NCBI GenBank assembly: GCA_965372795.1
Contig: CBDVDR010000017.1
Span: 9,472-73,471 of the forward strand
Direction: 5' to 3'
Source of the DNA: an uncultured bacterium
GTDB lineage: Bacteria > Zixibacteria > MSB-5A5 > GN15 > FEB-12
DNA: 64,000 bases
Numbering within the stretch: the first letter of the stretch is position 1; each line of letters starts with the position of its first letter. Below, in pieces: positions 56,319 through 64,000 of the stretch. The position numbers were made by a program, and so were the translations under genes. The notes beneath the pieces are model-generated. The model ran no database searches. It worked only from the letters and a program-made list of their open reading frames with translations, and was not told the origin of the DNA.

Positions 56319-57734
56319 TCAATCAAAATTATTATACCATTTCAAATCTATAAATTTAATATCACTAAATTGTTCAATGTTCAGATATGACAATAAGCGT
56401 GAATCGAAATTCAAATTAATCGGCTCGGTTGAATAGAGTAATATTTCAGGAGCCACTAAATTGCCATTAATTGTTAAGATTCTATTAGATTTATCTTTGC
56501 CAGACATATCTCCAAAAATCATCTTTTGGGCAACTAACTGTCCATCAATTAACAGGTCGTGCTTATCTGAGTTCTGATTTATAAATTTTGAAACAAACTC
56601 TACATTAAGATGATGTTTTTCAAAATCTTTAGATTTCTGAAGTCTGTTTAAAACCTCATTGGACCCTATAAAAATGTTACTGCCTGCAACTAATGATAGG
56701 GCGTTGATATGTCCCTGGGGACCTTTTCCGAAGGTTCGTTTACCTTTAAACATCCCGTCAGCATAGGTCAGGTTTTCAAAAATATAAATATTGCCACGGA
56801 CAAATAATTGTCCAGCCCCTTTTATTATACCGGAAAGGATCAAATCACCAGCTATGGCAACTTCCCCGTCAATAAGAATCGGATCCAGAGTTGTTCCCTT
56901 TAGGACCAAACTTCCTTCATGACTGTTAGCTATTCTATTAATACTAGTTGTATGAAGTGGTCTTGTGGATGCATCAATTAGAACCGAGGCTTTCTCACCG
57001 CCGGTGATATTACCGATTGCTGTTTTTATGACAGTAGAATAATTCTTTTCTAATATTTTCGGGAGTAATTTTGAAATTCTATTTTCTATTTGATGTTCTT
57101 CTTGTGCAGAGCAATTTGAATTTATATGATTTACAGGTTCAAGTGAAAAAACCTGTGGAGTAATTTTATTTTGAATATCTGTAATATTTGAATGACAATT
57201 GATACAACTCGATTTCTCAGATAGAGCGACAAAAGAAAATCCTTTTGAGTCATCTATTTCCACTTTAAAGTATTCAATTAATTTGCTTATCTGGCCATTT
57301 CCGGATTTCCCATAAGAAGTAATAATAAAATTGCAGGAGTTCTTAGTATCAGATCTTAAGATGAGAACCGAATCGACAGTTTGTTCTTCACCTACAATTA
57401 CAAATTCGAATAGTTTGATTTGGTTATCATTATAAATATTTTGTTCATTCAAATATTTACGATACGACACCAGACTGCCACTGTTTTCGTTATTGTAATT
57501 ATCTTTGCGGTTTGATTGTTCCAAGTATTCATTCCATAAAACTGCTTTCGTGATCTCCAGTCCGGATTCGGCAGAAAACAGAGCCTTATCAAGCTGTAAT
57601 TTATGTTCATTGGAATTAGTATTGTAAACCGATGACCCCATTAGCTGAATGCCTAAAATTAACAGAATAACCATAGTTATCGAGGCAAATTTTATCAGAT
57701 AGAGGCTTTCCTTTTTGTCATATCTACGTTTCAT
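56319..57734 (-). CDS. large pilus-associated protein (PilX/PilY-slot), hypothetical
   Basis: 471 aa. N-terminal TM ITMVILLILGIQLMG. Located between two pilin-like genes. Contains a single CINCH (CxxCH) motif. Confidence 0.45.
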   Translation of the reverse strand: MKRRYDKKESLYLIKFASITMVILLILGIQLMGSSVYNTNSNEHKLQLDKALFSAESGLEITKAVLWNEYLEQSNRKDNYNNENSGSLVSYRKYLNEQNIYNDNQIKLFEFVIVGEEQTVDSVLILRSDTKNSCNFIITSYGKSGNGQISKLIEYFKVEIDDSKGFSFVALSEKSSCINCHSNITDIQNKITPQVFSLEPVNHINSNCSAQEEHQIENRISKLLPKILEKNYSTVIKTAIGNITGGEKASVLIDASTRPLHTTSINRIANSHEGSLVLKGTTLDPILIDGEVAIAGDLILSGIIKGAGQLFVRGNIYIFENLTYADGMFKGKRTFGKGPQGHINALSLVAGSNIFIGSNEVLNRLQKSKDFEKHHLNVEFVSKFINQNSDKHDLLIDGQLVAQKMIFGDMSGKDKSNRILTINGNLVAPEILLYSTEPINLNFDSRLLSYLNIEQFSDIKFIDLKWYNNFD

Positions 57735-58140
57735 TGATTACCTCTTTTGCTATCTGAACCGGAGTTAGAAGTTTCAGAGCAGATAATCTGGCGAGACATT
57801 CAACGTTTTTATTTTCAAAAGGAAACACTTCAATTGTTAATTTATAGATACCCGAGCGTATATTATTTTTTTTAATTTGTCTAAATATTCTAAATTCACC
57901 AGAAACAATTTCTGATGATGATTCCTTATAATGGTTCGAATTGATCAATTTTTCCAATTCTATTCTCGCCAATTCGTTCGCTGAGTTAGATCTATGGGTA
58001 GAATGGTTGCTATTATTTAAAGCAAGGATAAGCGGCGAGATACCTGTCACCCCAACAACAATGATTGCTGCGACAATAAGCAACTCCCGGCATGAGAACC
58101 GGTAAAATCGGCTAATATTTCTTATATAATAATTCAACAT
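57724..58140 (-). CDS. pseudopilin-like small protein (degenerate prepilin N-terminus)
   Basis: 138 aa. Hydrophobic helix ELLIVAAIIVVGVTGISPLILAL followed by an ANELARIELEKLI helix as in PilV/GspI-type minor pilins. No canonical G/F cleavage motif. Confidence 0.4.
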   Translation of the reverse strand: MLNYYIRNISRFYRFSCRELLIVAAIIVVGVTGISPLILALNNSNHSTHRSNSANELARIELEKLINSNHYKESSSEIVSGEFRIFRQIKKNNIRSGIYKLTIEVFPFENKNVECLARLSALKLLTPVQIAKEVINET

Positions 58141-58409
58141 AACATATCTCCAGAAAGTTATAAGCAGAAATGATGCCTTGAATGAATTAATAACAATTTT
58201 CCGATTTATCCCCCTATGTCGATATCTGACAACTTTTTATCCATGAGGATAAAACCTGACTCAGCAGTAAAATTAGCGAACTCCGTTTGATTGGCAAAAT
58301 AGTATTGGAACCTTCCCATACTATTAAGTATTACAACAATAATATTGCTAATTTGTTAAAATGATTTAACTTAAAGTGTTCTCACAAGTTTTATTAAAAG
58401 GATAAAAAG

Positions 58410-60770
58410 ATGGCAGCCACGTTTTTACAAAGAATTCTTACAACAATTTTATTCATTCTTATTTCCACTCAATTAACATTTGCGAGCAGTTCTATATCGC
58501 TTAGTTCTGAGCCAGTTGTTAAAGAAAAGCTTGAGATACCATTAACCTCTGCAGCCAAATCATTCCTTAAAGAGAGAGATCAGGAATCAGCAATAATTTG
58601 GGTCTTTTTTACCGACAAAGGACTTTTTGACAAAGCCGGCTTTCAAAAAGCTGCCAGCGAAATCAATTTTAGCGAAAAAGTATTATGGCGAAGAGCAAAA
58701 TCCGGTATCAATGAAATTCTCTTTTCTGATCTGCCGGTTAAAGAAAATTATGTAGCCGAGATTATAAATCTTGGGGCAGAACTACGAAATCGGTCGAAAT
58801 GGCTTAATGCCGCAAGTTTTGAAGTACCATTTGAAAAATTAGATCAGATCGAACTATTACCTTTCGTTTTTGAAATTAAACCGGTATCGAGATACACTAA
58901 ACCTGTTATAGATGAAGCCAATTATCCCTCCGAATCAATTATAACCCAGCCATTGGGAGCTTCTTCAATAGATTATGGCTCGGCCTGGGCGCAGCTTACC
59001 CAGATTAATGTACCTCAGGTTCATAATATGGGTCTTTCCGGTAAAGGGGTTACTTTGGCAATCCTTGATACTGGGTATAGAAAAAGTCACGATGCTTTTG
59101 CCAGTCATTATGCTCAGGGGCATGTACTGGGAGAATATGATTTTATTTTTAATGATGGAAATACTTCCAATGAAGCAGTTGATGCCTCAACTCAATGGAA
59201 TCATGGCACCTCGGTTTGGTCTCTAGCTGCAGGTAATAAGCAAGGTGAAATAGTTGGACCGGCATATAATGCAAATTTCTTGTTAGCTAAAACTGAAGAT
59301 GTACGAAGTGAGACTGTTATTGAAGAAGATAACTGGGCTCGTGCGGCTGAATGGGCGGATTCTGCCGGTGCTGATGTTATTACCTCCTCGCTCGGTTATT
59401 CAGACTGGTATAATTATGCTGATTATGATGGTCAAACTGCAATAACCACTATTGCAGCCAACACAGCCGTTGATCTGGGGATTGTTGTTTGTATTTCAAT
59501 GGGCAATTCTGGTCCGGCATCCGGAACATTGACTCCTCCGGCTGATGCCTTTGAAAATATATCTGTCGGAGCTGTAACTTCCACAGGAGGTTTAGCCAAT
59601 TTTTCTTCACGAGGTCCAACTTTTGATGGACGGATAAAACCTGAAGTTTGTGCCCGTGGAGTTTCCGATGCTATTGCTACAGCAAGTGGCAATAATACTT
59701 ATTCATCAGGTAATGGAACTTCTTACTCAACTCCTCTCGTTGCCGGAGTAGCCTGCTTGATTCTTGAGCAACATCCAAACTACCCGCCTCAATTAGTAAG
59801 AAGAGCTTTAATGGAGAGTGCTGATAATACCGCAACCCCGGATAATAATTTTGGCTGGGGAATTGTTGATGCGCTGGGGGCTGTCAATTGGGGAGCAAAT
59901 TTCTCCGCTGATGTTACAACCGGCGAGGCTCCGATGCTGGTTCAATTTACCGATTTATCGACTATAACAGTATATTCATATCTCTGGGACTTTGGTGACG
60001 GGACAACTTCGAACGAACAAAATCCACAATATTTATATAATGATCCTGGCGTCTACCATGTTTCATTGTCGATTGAAACTGATTACGGCTTAATTTCAAA
60101 TCAGCGGGAAGCATATATTATTGCAATGGGCGACACTTTGATATTTGTCAATGATTCGGCATTTGCCGGAGACCAGGCAGTGATGTCAGTCTTGATGACT
60201 AATTCGATGGTTCTTGATCGGATAACTATTCCGTTTAGATTTCTTGATACTCCAAAGATGGAACTGGATTCAGTTTCATTTGGAGAACGAACCTCATATT
60301 TTGAATTGAAAAATTTTGGTTTTGCAGATGATGTCAACCGGAGATATGTTGTCAATCTGTATGCAAACAACGGCGGTTTGGCCGAACCGCTTCCTCCCGG
60401 AAGCGGCGAAATTGCAAAACTCTTTTTTACTCTTGATCGAAAAGAGATTGGCGGGTTGTCAACACCTGTTGATACCCTATCTGTTTTAGGTTATTACTTA
60501 AAAGTATTTTCTCAATATGCCGAATTCACCCCAGAATTTTATTCGGGTACAATTTCAACTGTTTTTGTTATCCGGGGTGATGTTGACTACAGCTTAGATA
60601 TCGACATTTCTGATCTTACATTTTTAGTGAGATATATGTTTATGCTGGGCGATGAGCCGGTGACATTCCAGACCGGGGATATTAATGGCGATCAGGTTCA
60701 CTCGGTCCTGGATCTGACTTACATGGTTGATTACATGTTTAACAATGGCGCTCCCCCGCCTACTCCATAA
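58410..60770 (+). CDS. secreted subtilisin-family (S8) peptidase with PKD, cohesin-like and dockerin-like modules
   Basis: 786 aa. Signal peptide. Triad D (LAILDTGY), H (WNHGTSV), S (GNGTSYSTP). PKD (WDFGDGTTS..PGVYHVSL). C-terminal duplicated GD(V/I)(D/N)...LD(I/L)..(L/M)V.YMF segments (from 60570). Confidence 0.85.
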   Translation: MAATFLQRILTTILFILISTQLTFASSSISLSSEPVVKEKLEIPLTSAAKSFLKERDQESAIIWVFFTDKGLFDKAGFQKAASEINFSEKVLWRRAKSGINEILFSDLPVKENYVAEIINLGAELRNRSKWLNAASFEVPFEKLDQIELLPFVFEIKPVSRYTKPVIDEANYPSESIITQPLGASSIDYGSAWAQLTQINVPQVHNMGLSGKGVTLAILDTGYRKSHDAFASHYAQGHVLGEYDFIFNDGNTSNEAVDASTQWNHGTSVWSLAAGNKQGEIVGPAYNANFLLAKTEDVRSETVIEEDNWARAAEWADSAGADVITSSLGYSDWYNYADYDGQTAITTIAANTAVDLGIVVCISMGNSGPASGTLTPPADAFENISVGAVTSTGGLANFSSRGPTFDGRIKPEVCARGVSDAIATASGNNTYSSGNGTSYSTPLVAGVACLILEQHPNYPPQLVRRALMESADNTATPDNNFGWGIVDALGAVNWGANFSADVTTGEAPMLVQFTDLSTITVYSYLWDFGDGTTSNEQNPQYLYNDPGVYHVSLSIETDYGLISNQREAYIIAMGDTLIFVNDSAFAGDQAVMSVLMTNSMVLDRITIPFRFLDTPKMELDSVSFGERTSYFELKNFGFADDVNRRYVVNLYANNGGLAEPLPPGSGEIAKLFFTLDRKEIGGLSTPVDTLSVLGYYLKVFSQYAEFTPEFYSGTISTVFVIRGDVDYSLDIDISDLTFLVRYMFMLGDEPVTFQTGDINGDQVHSVLDLTYMVDYMFNNGAPPPTP

Positions 60771-60796
60771 AAAAAGCCCGCTCAGATAAGCGGGCT
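60771..60796. terminator. terminator hairpin between convergent genes
   Basis: aaaaaAGCCCGCtcagataaGCGGGCT. The T-run is on the minus strand, so it serves the aminopeptidase gene best. Confidence 0.75.
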
Positions 60797-60813
60797 GATT
60801 TCAGTCAATTAAT

Positions 60814-61914
60814 CTATATTGTAAACTTACCGTTTTTATAAATAACTTTTCCATCGGCAGTAATTTGAGCTTTTTTCTTCAGATCACAAACCATGTCCCA
60901 ATGGAGTCCGCTCTTATTTTTACCGCCGGCTTCCGGAATCGCAGCCCCGACCGCTAAGTGACAGGTGCCTCCGATTTTTTCATCAAACAGAATATTTTTT
61001 GAAAACTGTTTGATTTCATAATTGGTACCGATTGCAAATTCTCCCAAGAATCTTGCCCCCGGATCCATATCAAGCATCGACTTTAAGAATTCTTCATTTT
61101 TGACGGCTGATTCATTTACAACCTTGCCGTTTTTAAACTCAAGTCTAACATCCTCAACTTCGCGTCCCATATAAACGGCCGGGAATGAATAGCGGATGTA
61201 CCCGTTGGCACTTTTCTCAAGCGGGCTGGTAAAGACCTCCCCATCCGGGAAATTTTCCGTACCGGCACAGTTAATCCATTTGCGTCCTTTAACCCGAAGT
61301 TTTAAATCGGTGCCTTCAGCCAAAATATGTATCTGATCAACTTTATCCAATTTTTTGATTAACCGATCCTGTTCTTTATGAACTTTCAGCCAATGCTTAA
61401 CCGGATCAGCGGAATCCACATGACCAGCTTTATAAACGAAATCTTCATAATCAGACAACGACATATCTGCTTCCTGTGCATCTGACAAAGTAGGAAATTG
61501 AGTTCCGACCCAAGCCGCAGACTTATTGGCAATTTTTTTGAAAAATTTATCCATCAGAGGCATTCTAACTTTACGGGACAGTGCCTGTTTTTTTGAATCC
61601 ACACCGGATAAAAATCGGGTATTCTCACTTCCCCAGATATGCAGCAAGGCGTCAACCTTATCGACTTCCATTTTTTCAAATGGATAAATATACTCAAGCT
61701 GTTCTTTTGTCCCCAGCTTATACATATTTTCTGAATTATCAGGAACAATAATCCGTGTAAAAGGATGCGCCCCAACTTTTAAGGCTTCTTCATAAGCTGC
61801 TTTGATTAAAGGCAGCGTTGAAACTTCACCTTGAATCTTTATAAGTTGTCCTTTTTTTAATTTCAGCGAATAATGAATTAAAATTTTCGCTAACTTTTGA
61901 ACGCGAGGATCCAT
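60814..61914 (-). CDS. aminopeptidase, M29 family (AmpS/PepS-like)
   Basis: 366 aa. MDPRVQKLAKILIHYSLKLKKGQ...; conserved EF(A/G)IGTN and HLA(V/L)G segments typical of thermophilic-metalloprotease M29. Confidence 0.8.
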   Translation of the reverse strand: MDPRVQKLAKILIHYSLKLKKGQLIKIQGEVSTLPLIKAAYEEALKVGAHPFTRIIVPDNSENMYKLGTKEQLEYIYPFEKMEVDKVDALLHIWGSENTRFLSGVDSKKQALSRKVRMPLMDKFFKKIANKSAAWVGTQFPTLSDAQEADMSLSDYEDFVYKAGHVDSADPVKHWLKVHKEQDRLIKKLDKVDQIHILAEGTDLKLRVKGRKWINCAGTENFPDGEVFTSPLEKSANGYIRYSFPAVYMGREVEDVRLEFKNGKVVNESAVKNEEFLKSMLDMDPGARFLGEFAIGTNYEIKQFSKNILFDEKIGGTCHLAVGAAIPEAGGKNKSGLHWDMVCDLKKKAQITADGKVIYKNGKFTI

Positions 61915-61932
61915 GTTTATCTCTCCTATAAC

Positions 61933-62445
61933 TTAAAACTCAATGCCTTCTATTTTGAGCAATTTCTTTTTCAGTGGTAAACCGCCTCCATAACCGCCCA
62001 ACCCATTTGATGCCAGCACCCGGTGGCAGGGGATTATAATCGGTAAATTATTACAAGCATTGGCTGTCCCAACAGCCCGGGATGCTTTTGGGTTGCCTAT
62101 CGCTTTGGCAATCTCACCGTAGGTTTTAGTTTTTCCAAAAGGAATTTTTTTCACGTACTGTAAAGATTTTCTATAAAACGGTGAAGCATGAAGATCAATA
62201 TCAACTGTGAATTTGGTTAGTCTGCCTGATAAGTATGCTTTAATCTGTTTTTCAACTTCTGTGTTATTCTTCCCGCCGGTTTTGATTTCCTTGTTCGGAA
62301 AGATTTTACTGACTTTCATTTCAAACTCTTTTTTTCTTTCATTTGGCAATGAAATAACGGCTACTCCTTTGGAGGATGATGCCGACCTGAACTCGCCGAC
62401 AGAAGTTTGAAACGAATGAATATAAACTATAGTTTTTTCTTTCAT
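61933..62445 (-). CDS. ogt: methylated-DNA--protein-cysteine methyltransferase
   Basis: 170 aa. Active site IIPCHRV, TYGEIA, NPKASRAVG. Confidence 0.9.
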   Translation of the reverse strand: MKEKTIVYIHSFQTSVGEFRSASSSKGVAVISLPNERKKEFEMKVSKIFPNKEIKTGGKNNTEVEKQIKAYLSGRLTKFTVDIDLHASPFYRKSLQYVKKIPFGKTKTYGEIAKAIGNPKASRAVGTANACNNLPIIIPCHRVLASNGLGGYGGGLPLKKKLLKIEGIEF

Positions 62446-62450
62446 TTTAA

Positions 62451-63083
62451 TTATTTCAGTAAAGTTAATATTTCATTAAAGGAATCTAAAAGAAAATCCG
62501 GTTTTGATTCTATCAGTTTATCTTTTCCCCCATACGGCGAAACTATTCCGGCGACTTTCAAAGGAACGGCTTTGGCAGCATAGACATCATTGATGGTATC
62601 ACCAACAACCAATGATTCTTCGGGCGAAGCATTTAATCTTTTCAAGGCCAGTTGGAACGCATCCGGCGCCGGCTTGACCCTCTTAACTTCATCTCCCCCG
62701 ACAATAGCTGAGAACATATCCTGCCATTGGAACATATCAACTATGCCGTCGACATGCTTCTTAATTTTGGTTGTTGCAATCGCAAGTTTATAACCACCCT
62801 GTAGCAATCGATCAAGAACTTGAGGAACCTCATCAAGTATTGTCGTCGAAGAAACAACCGTTTCGGAAGCTTTAACCTGAAAATGATGATACAATTCTTT
62901 AACCGGAGCATCTGTAAAAACAGGATACATCTGGGATAACGGATAGCCTATAAATGCCTTTATCTTTTCAGGCGGTTGAATTGGCTGCCCCATCTTTTCA
63001 AGTGAATAATTAACTGCTTCAACAACCCCGTCGGATGAGTCTATTAGAGTGCCGTCCAGATCAAATATTATATTTTTAATCAT
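62451..63083 (-). CDS. HAD-superfamily phosphatase (phosphoglycolate phosphatase-like)
   Basis: 210 aa. IIFDLDGTLIDS, ATTK, VGDTINDVYAAKA. Confidence 0.8.
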   Translation of the reverse strand: MIKNIIFDLDGTLIDSSDGVVEAVNYSLEKMGQPIQPPEKIKAFIGYPLSQMYPVFTDAPVKELYHHFQVKASETVVSSTTILDEVPQVLDRLLQGGYKLAIATTKIKKHVDGIVDMFQWQDMFSAIVGGDEVKRVKPAPDAFQLALKRLNASPEESLVVGDTINDVYAAKAVPLKVAGIVSPYGGKDKLIESKPDFLLDSFNEILTLLK

Positions 63084-63877
63084 TAAAGAAACTTTTCAAC
63101 TTTCCCAATAAGGTTTTGTAAGGGTACAACATGTGATTTCTCAATTGTACCATAGCTCAAAGAGATTACAATTATAGAGAATTCGTCCCCTAATGTCAAT
63201 TTGGATTGCCCGGTTAGACTCCAATCCTTTTTGGTTCCCTCATAATCCGGCATACCGTTTATCACCACAATGCCATCGAGTATTTCAATTTCTTCCGAGG
63301 GCAGCCCCACTACGATACCGGTGTGGTCTCTTTTGTTTTCATCAGTATACCTGACAATATCATATCTTTCCGGCAAAGCATGGAATACCGGTTGTTCCAG
63401 GAAAAAAAGATCGGTTATGTAACTTAAACTGTTCGCTGACAATAGATCACCCTTTGTGAATATTGGAGAGACTTCATTATTCTCCTGAAAAAAATATTCG
63501 GGCATATTTCGGAGAATGAAATTACCCGGCGCGACCGGAGCTAAAACTTGAAACATAACACCTATTAATACAAAGATTAGTGACGTTTTCTTGCTCCTTT
63601 TGACACTGTTTTGCTTATTTTTTTTTGTTTTTATTAAATCTATAAATGTGAACAGGTAAAAAACTATTGGCAGACCAAACAAGATAAATTTTACCATACC
63701 GGATAATGGAACAAAAAACGAAACAAAAAAGAGAATAACAGCAATCAGGGTAACCAAAAAGATGAACAGCCCAAAAAAGATCTCTTTGAAGTACAAATGA
63801 CCCAAGCCGGGAAACAAAAGGTTCAATAAAATTGCATATAAATTACTATTGATGTATTTATTCTTCTGCTTCACCAT
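63083..63877 (-). CDS. multi-TM protein with signal-peptidase-I-like (S26) C-terminal domain lacking catalytic residues
   Basis: 264 aa. Three N-terminal TMs. The domain aligns by eye with LepB blocks (GDLL, RYDIVRY, IVVGLPSEEIEILDGIVVING, LIGKV). The SM.PT serine position reads NMPEY and the KR(V/I)IG lysine position reads TGIVVG. Confidence 0.45.
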   Translation of the reverse strand: MVKQKNKYINSNLYAILLNLLFPGLGHLYFKEIFFGLFIFLVTLIAVILFFVSFFVPLSGMVKFILFGLPIVFYLFTFIDLIKTKKNKQNSVKRSKKTSLIFVLIGVMFQVLAPVAPGNFILRNMPEYFFQENNEVSPIFTKGDLLSANSLSYITDLFFLEQPVFHALPERYDIVRYTDENKRDHTGIVVGLPSEEIEILDGIVVINGMPDYEGTKKDWSLTGQSKLTLGDEFSIIVISLSYGTIEKSHVVPLQNLIGKVEKFL

Positions 63878-64000
63878 TCTAATTGTTCATTTCCTATACA
63901 TTTTAGAAATTTGCTATTTCGTAGTTATTAAAGTAATCCGATAATTTTAAACAACTTAAAAGAGTTTCTTTATTTAATAATACTTGGGAAGGCATAATTT

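Noticed and set aside
1-64000. Search for tRNA, rRNA, tmRNA, RNase P, riboswitches, transposases and integrases.
   Set aside because: By eye, none of the longer intergenic regions contains a T-loop GGTTCGA(A/T)TCC-type box or other hallmark. No ORF shows DDE, tyrosine or serine recombinase motifs. Absence is by eye only and should be confirmed with tRNAscan-SE, Infernal and ISEScan.

Overview
Low-GC (about 38-40% by eye) gene-dense bacterial chromosomal window, mostly minus-strand; I cannot place the organism.

Left third:
- Acyl-CoA dehydrogenase-hbd-thiolase, then a leucine/terpene-type cluster: split methylcrotonyl-CoA carboxylase alpha, crotonase, MCC beta and an AtuA-family protein, with a foreign-looking orphan gene wedged inside.
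- Two small beta-barrel OMP paralogs, two membrane-anchored SGNH-like paralogs, a CysK-like PLP enzyme with a Cys/His-rich tail, and MscS.

Middle:
- A very AT-rich accessory island (about 16.5-21.8 kb) holding an orphan 451-aa protein inside a direct-repeat-bounded 1.7 kb cassette, two small membrane proteins and a KAP-family P-loop NTPase.
- A markedly GC-rich archaeal-type HMG-CoA synthase/thiolase/DUF35 operon.
- Four orphan secreted or membrane proteins, then uvrC-nlpC/P60-ubiA-cdsA-uppS.
- A second island carrying an OLD-family nuclease plus UvrD-like helicase (Gabija-like).

Right:
- frr-pyrH-tsf-rpsB, rpsI-rplM, peroxiredoxin, SprT-like protein, mtnA, YjbQ and an acyl-CoA ligase.
- A Big-domain lipoprotein and a type IV pilus cluster (pilM-N-O, an AMIN-PilP fusion, AMIN-less pilQ, pilin-like genes).
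- An S8 protease with PKD, cohesin-like and dockerin-like modules, M29 aminopeptidase, ogt, a HAD phosphatase and a catalytically degenerate signal-peptidase-like protein.

Intergenic DNA around both islands is packed with several families of GTAGG-plus-hairpin REP-like repeats. There are also a 15-bp x4 tandem array, a 38-bp tandem REP array, and a roughly 120-bp composite repeat present in inverted orientation at 16.7 and 38.6 kb. I recognised no rRNA, tRNA, CRISPR array, transposase or integrase.

Best candidates for an undescribed system:
- The KAP NTPase operon with its small membrane partners.
- The cassette-borne 451-aa protein.

The OLD/UvrD pair looks like a known system type (Gabija). 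All domain calls come from motif reading only; no searches were run.
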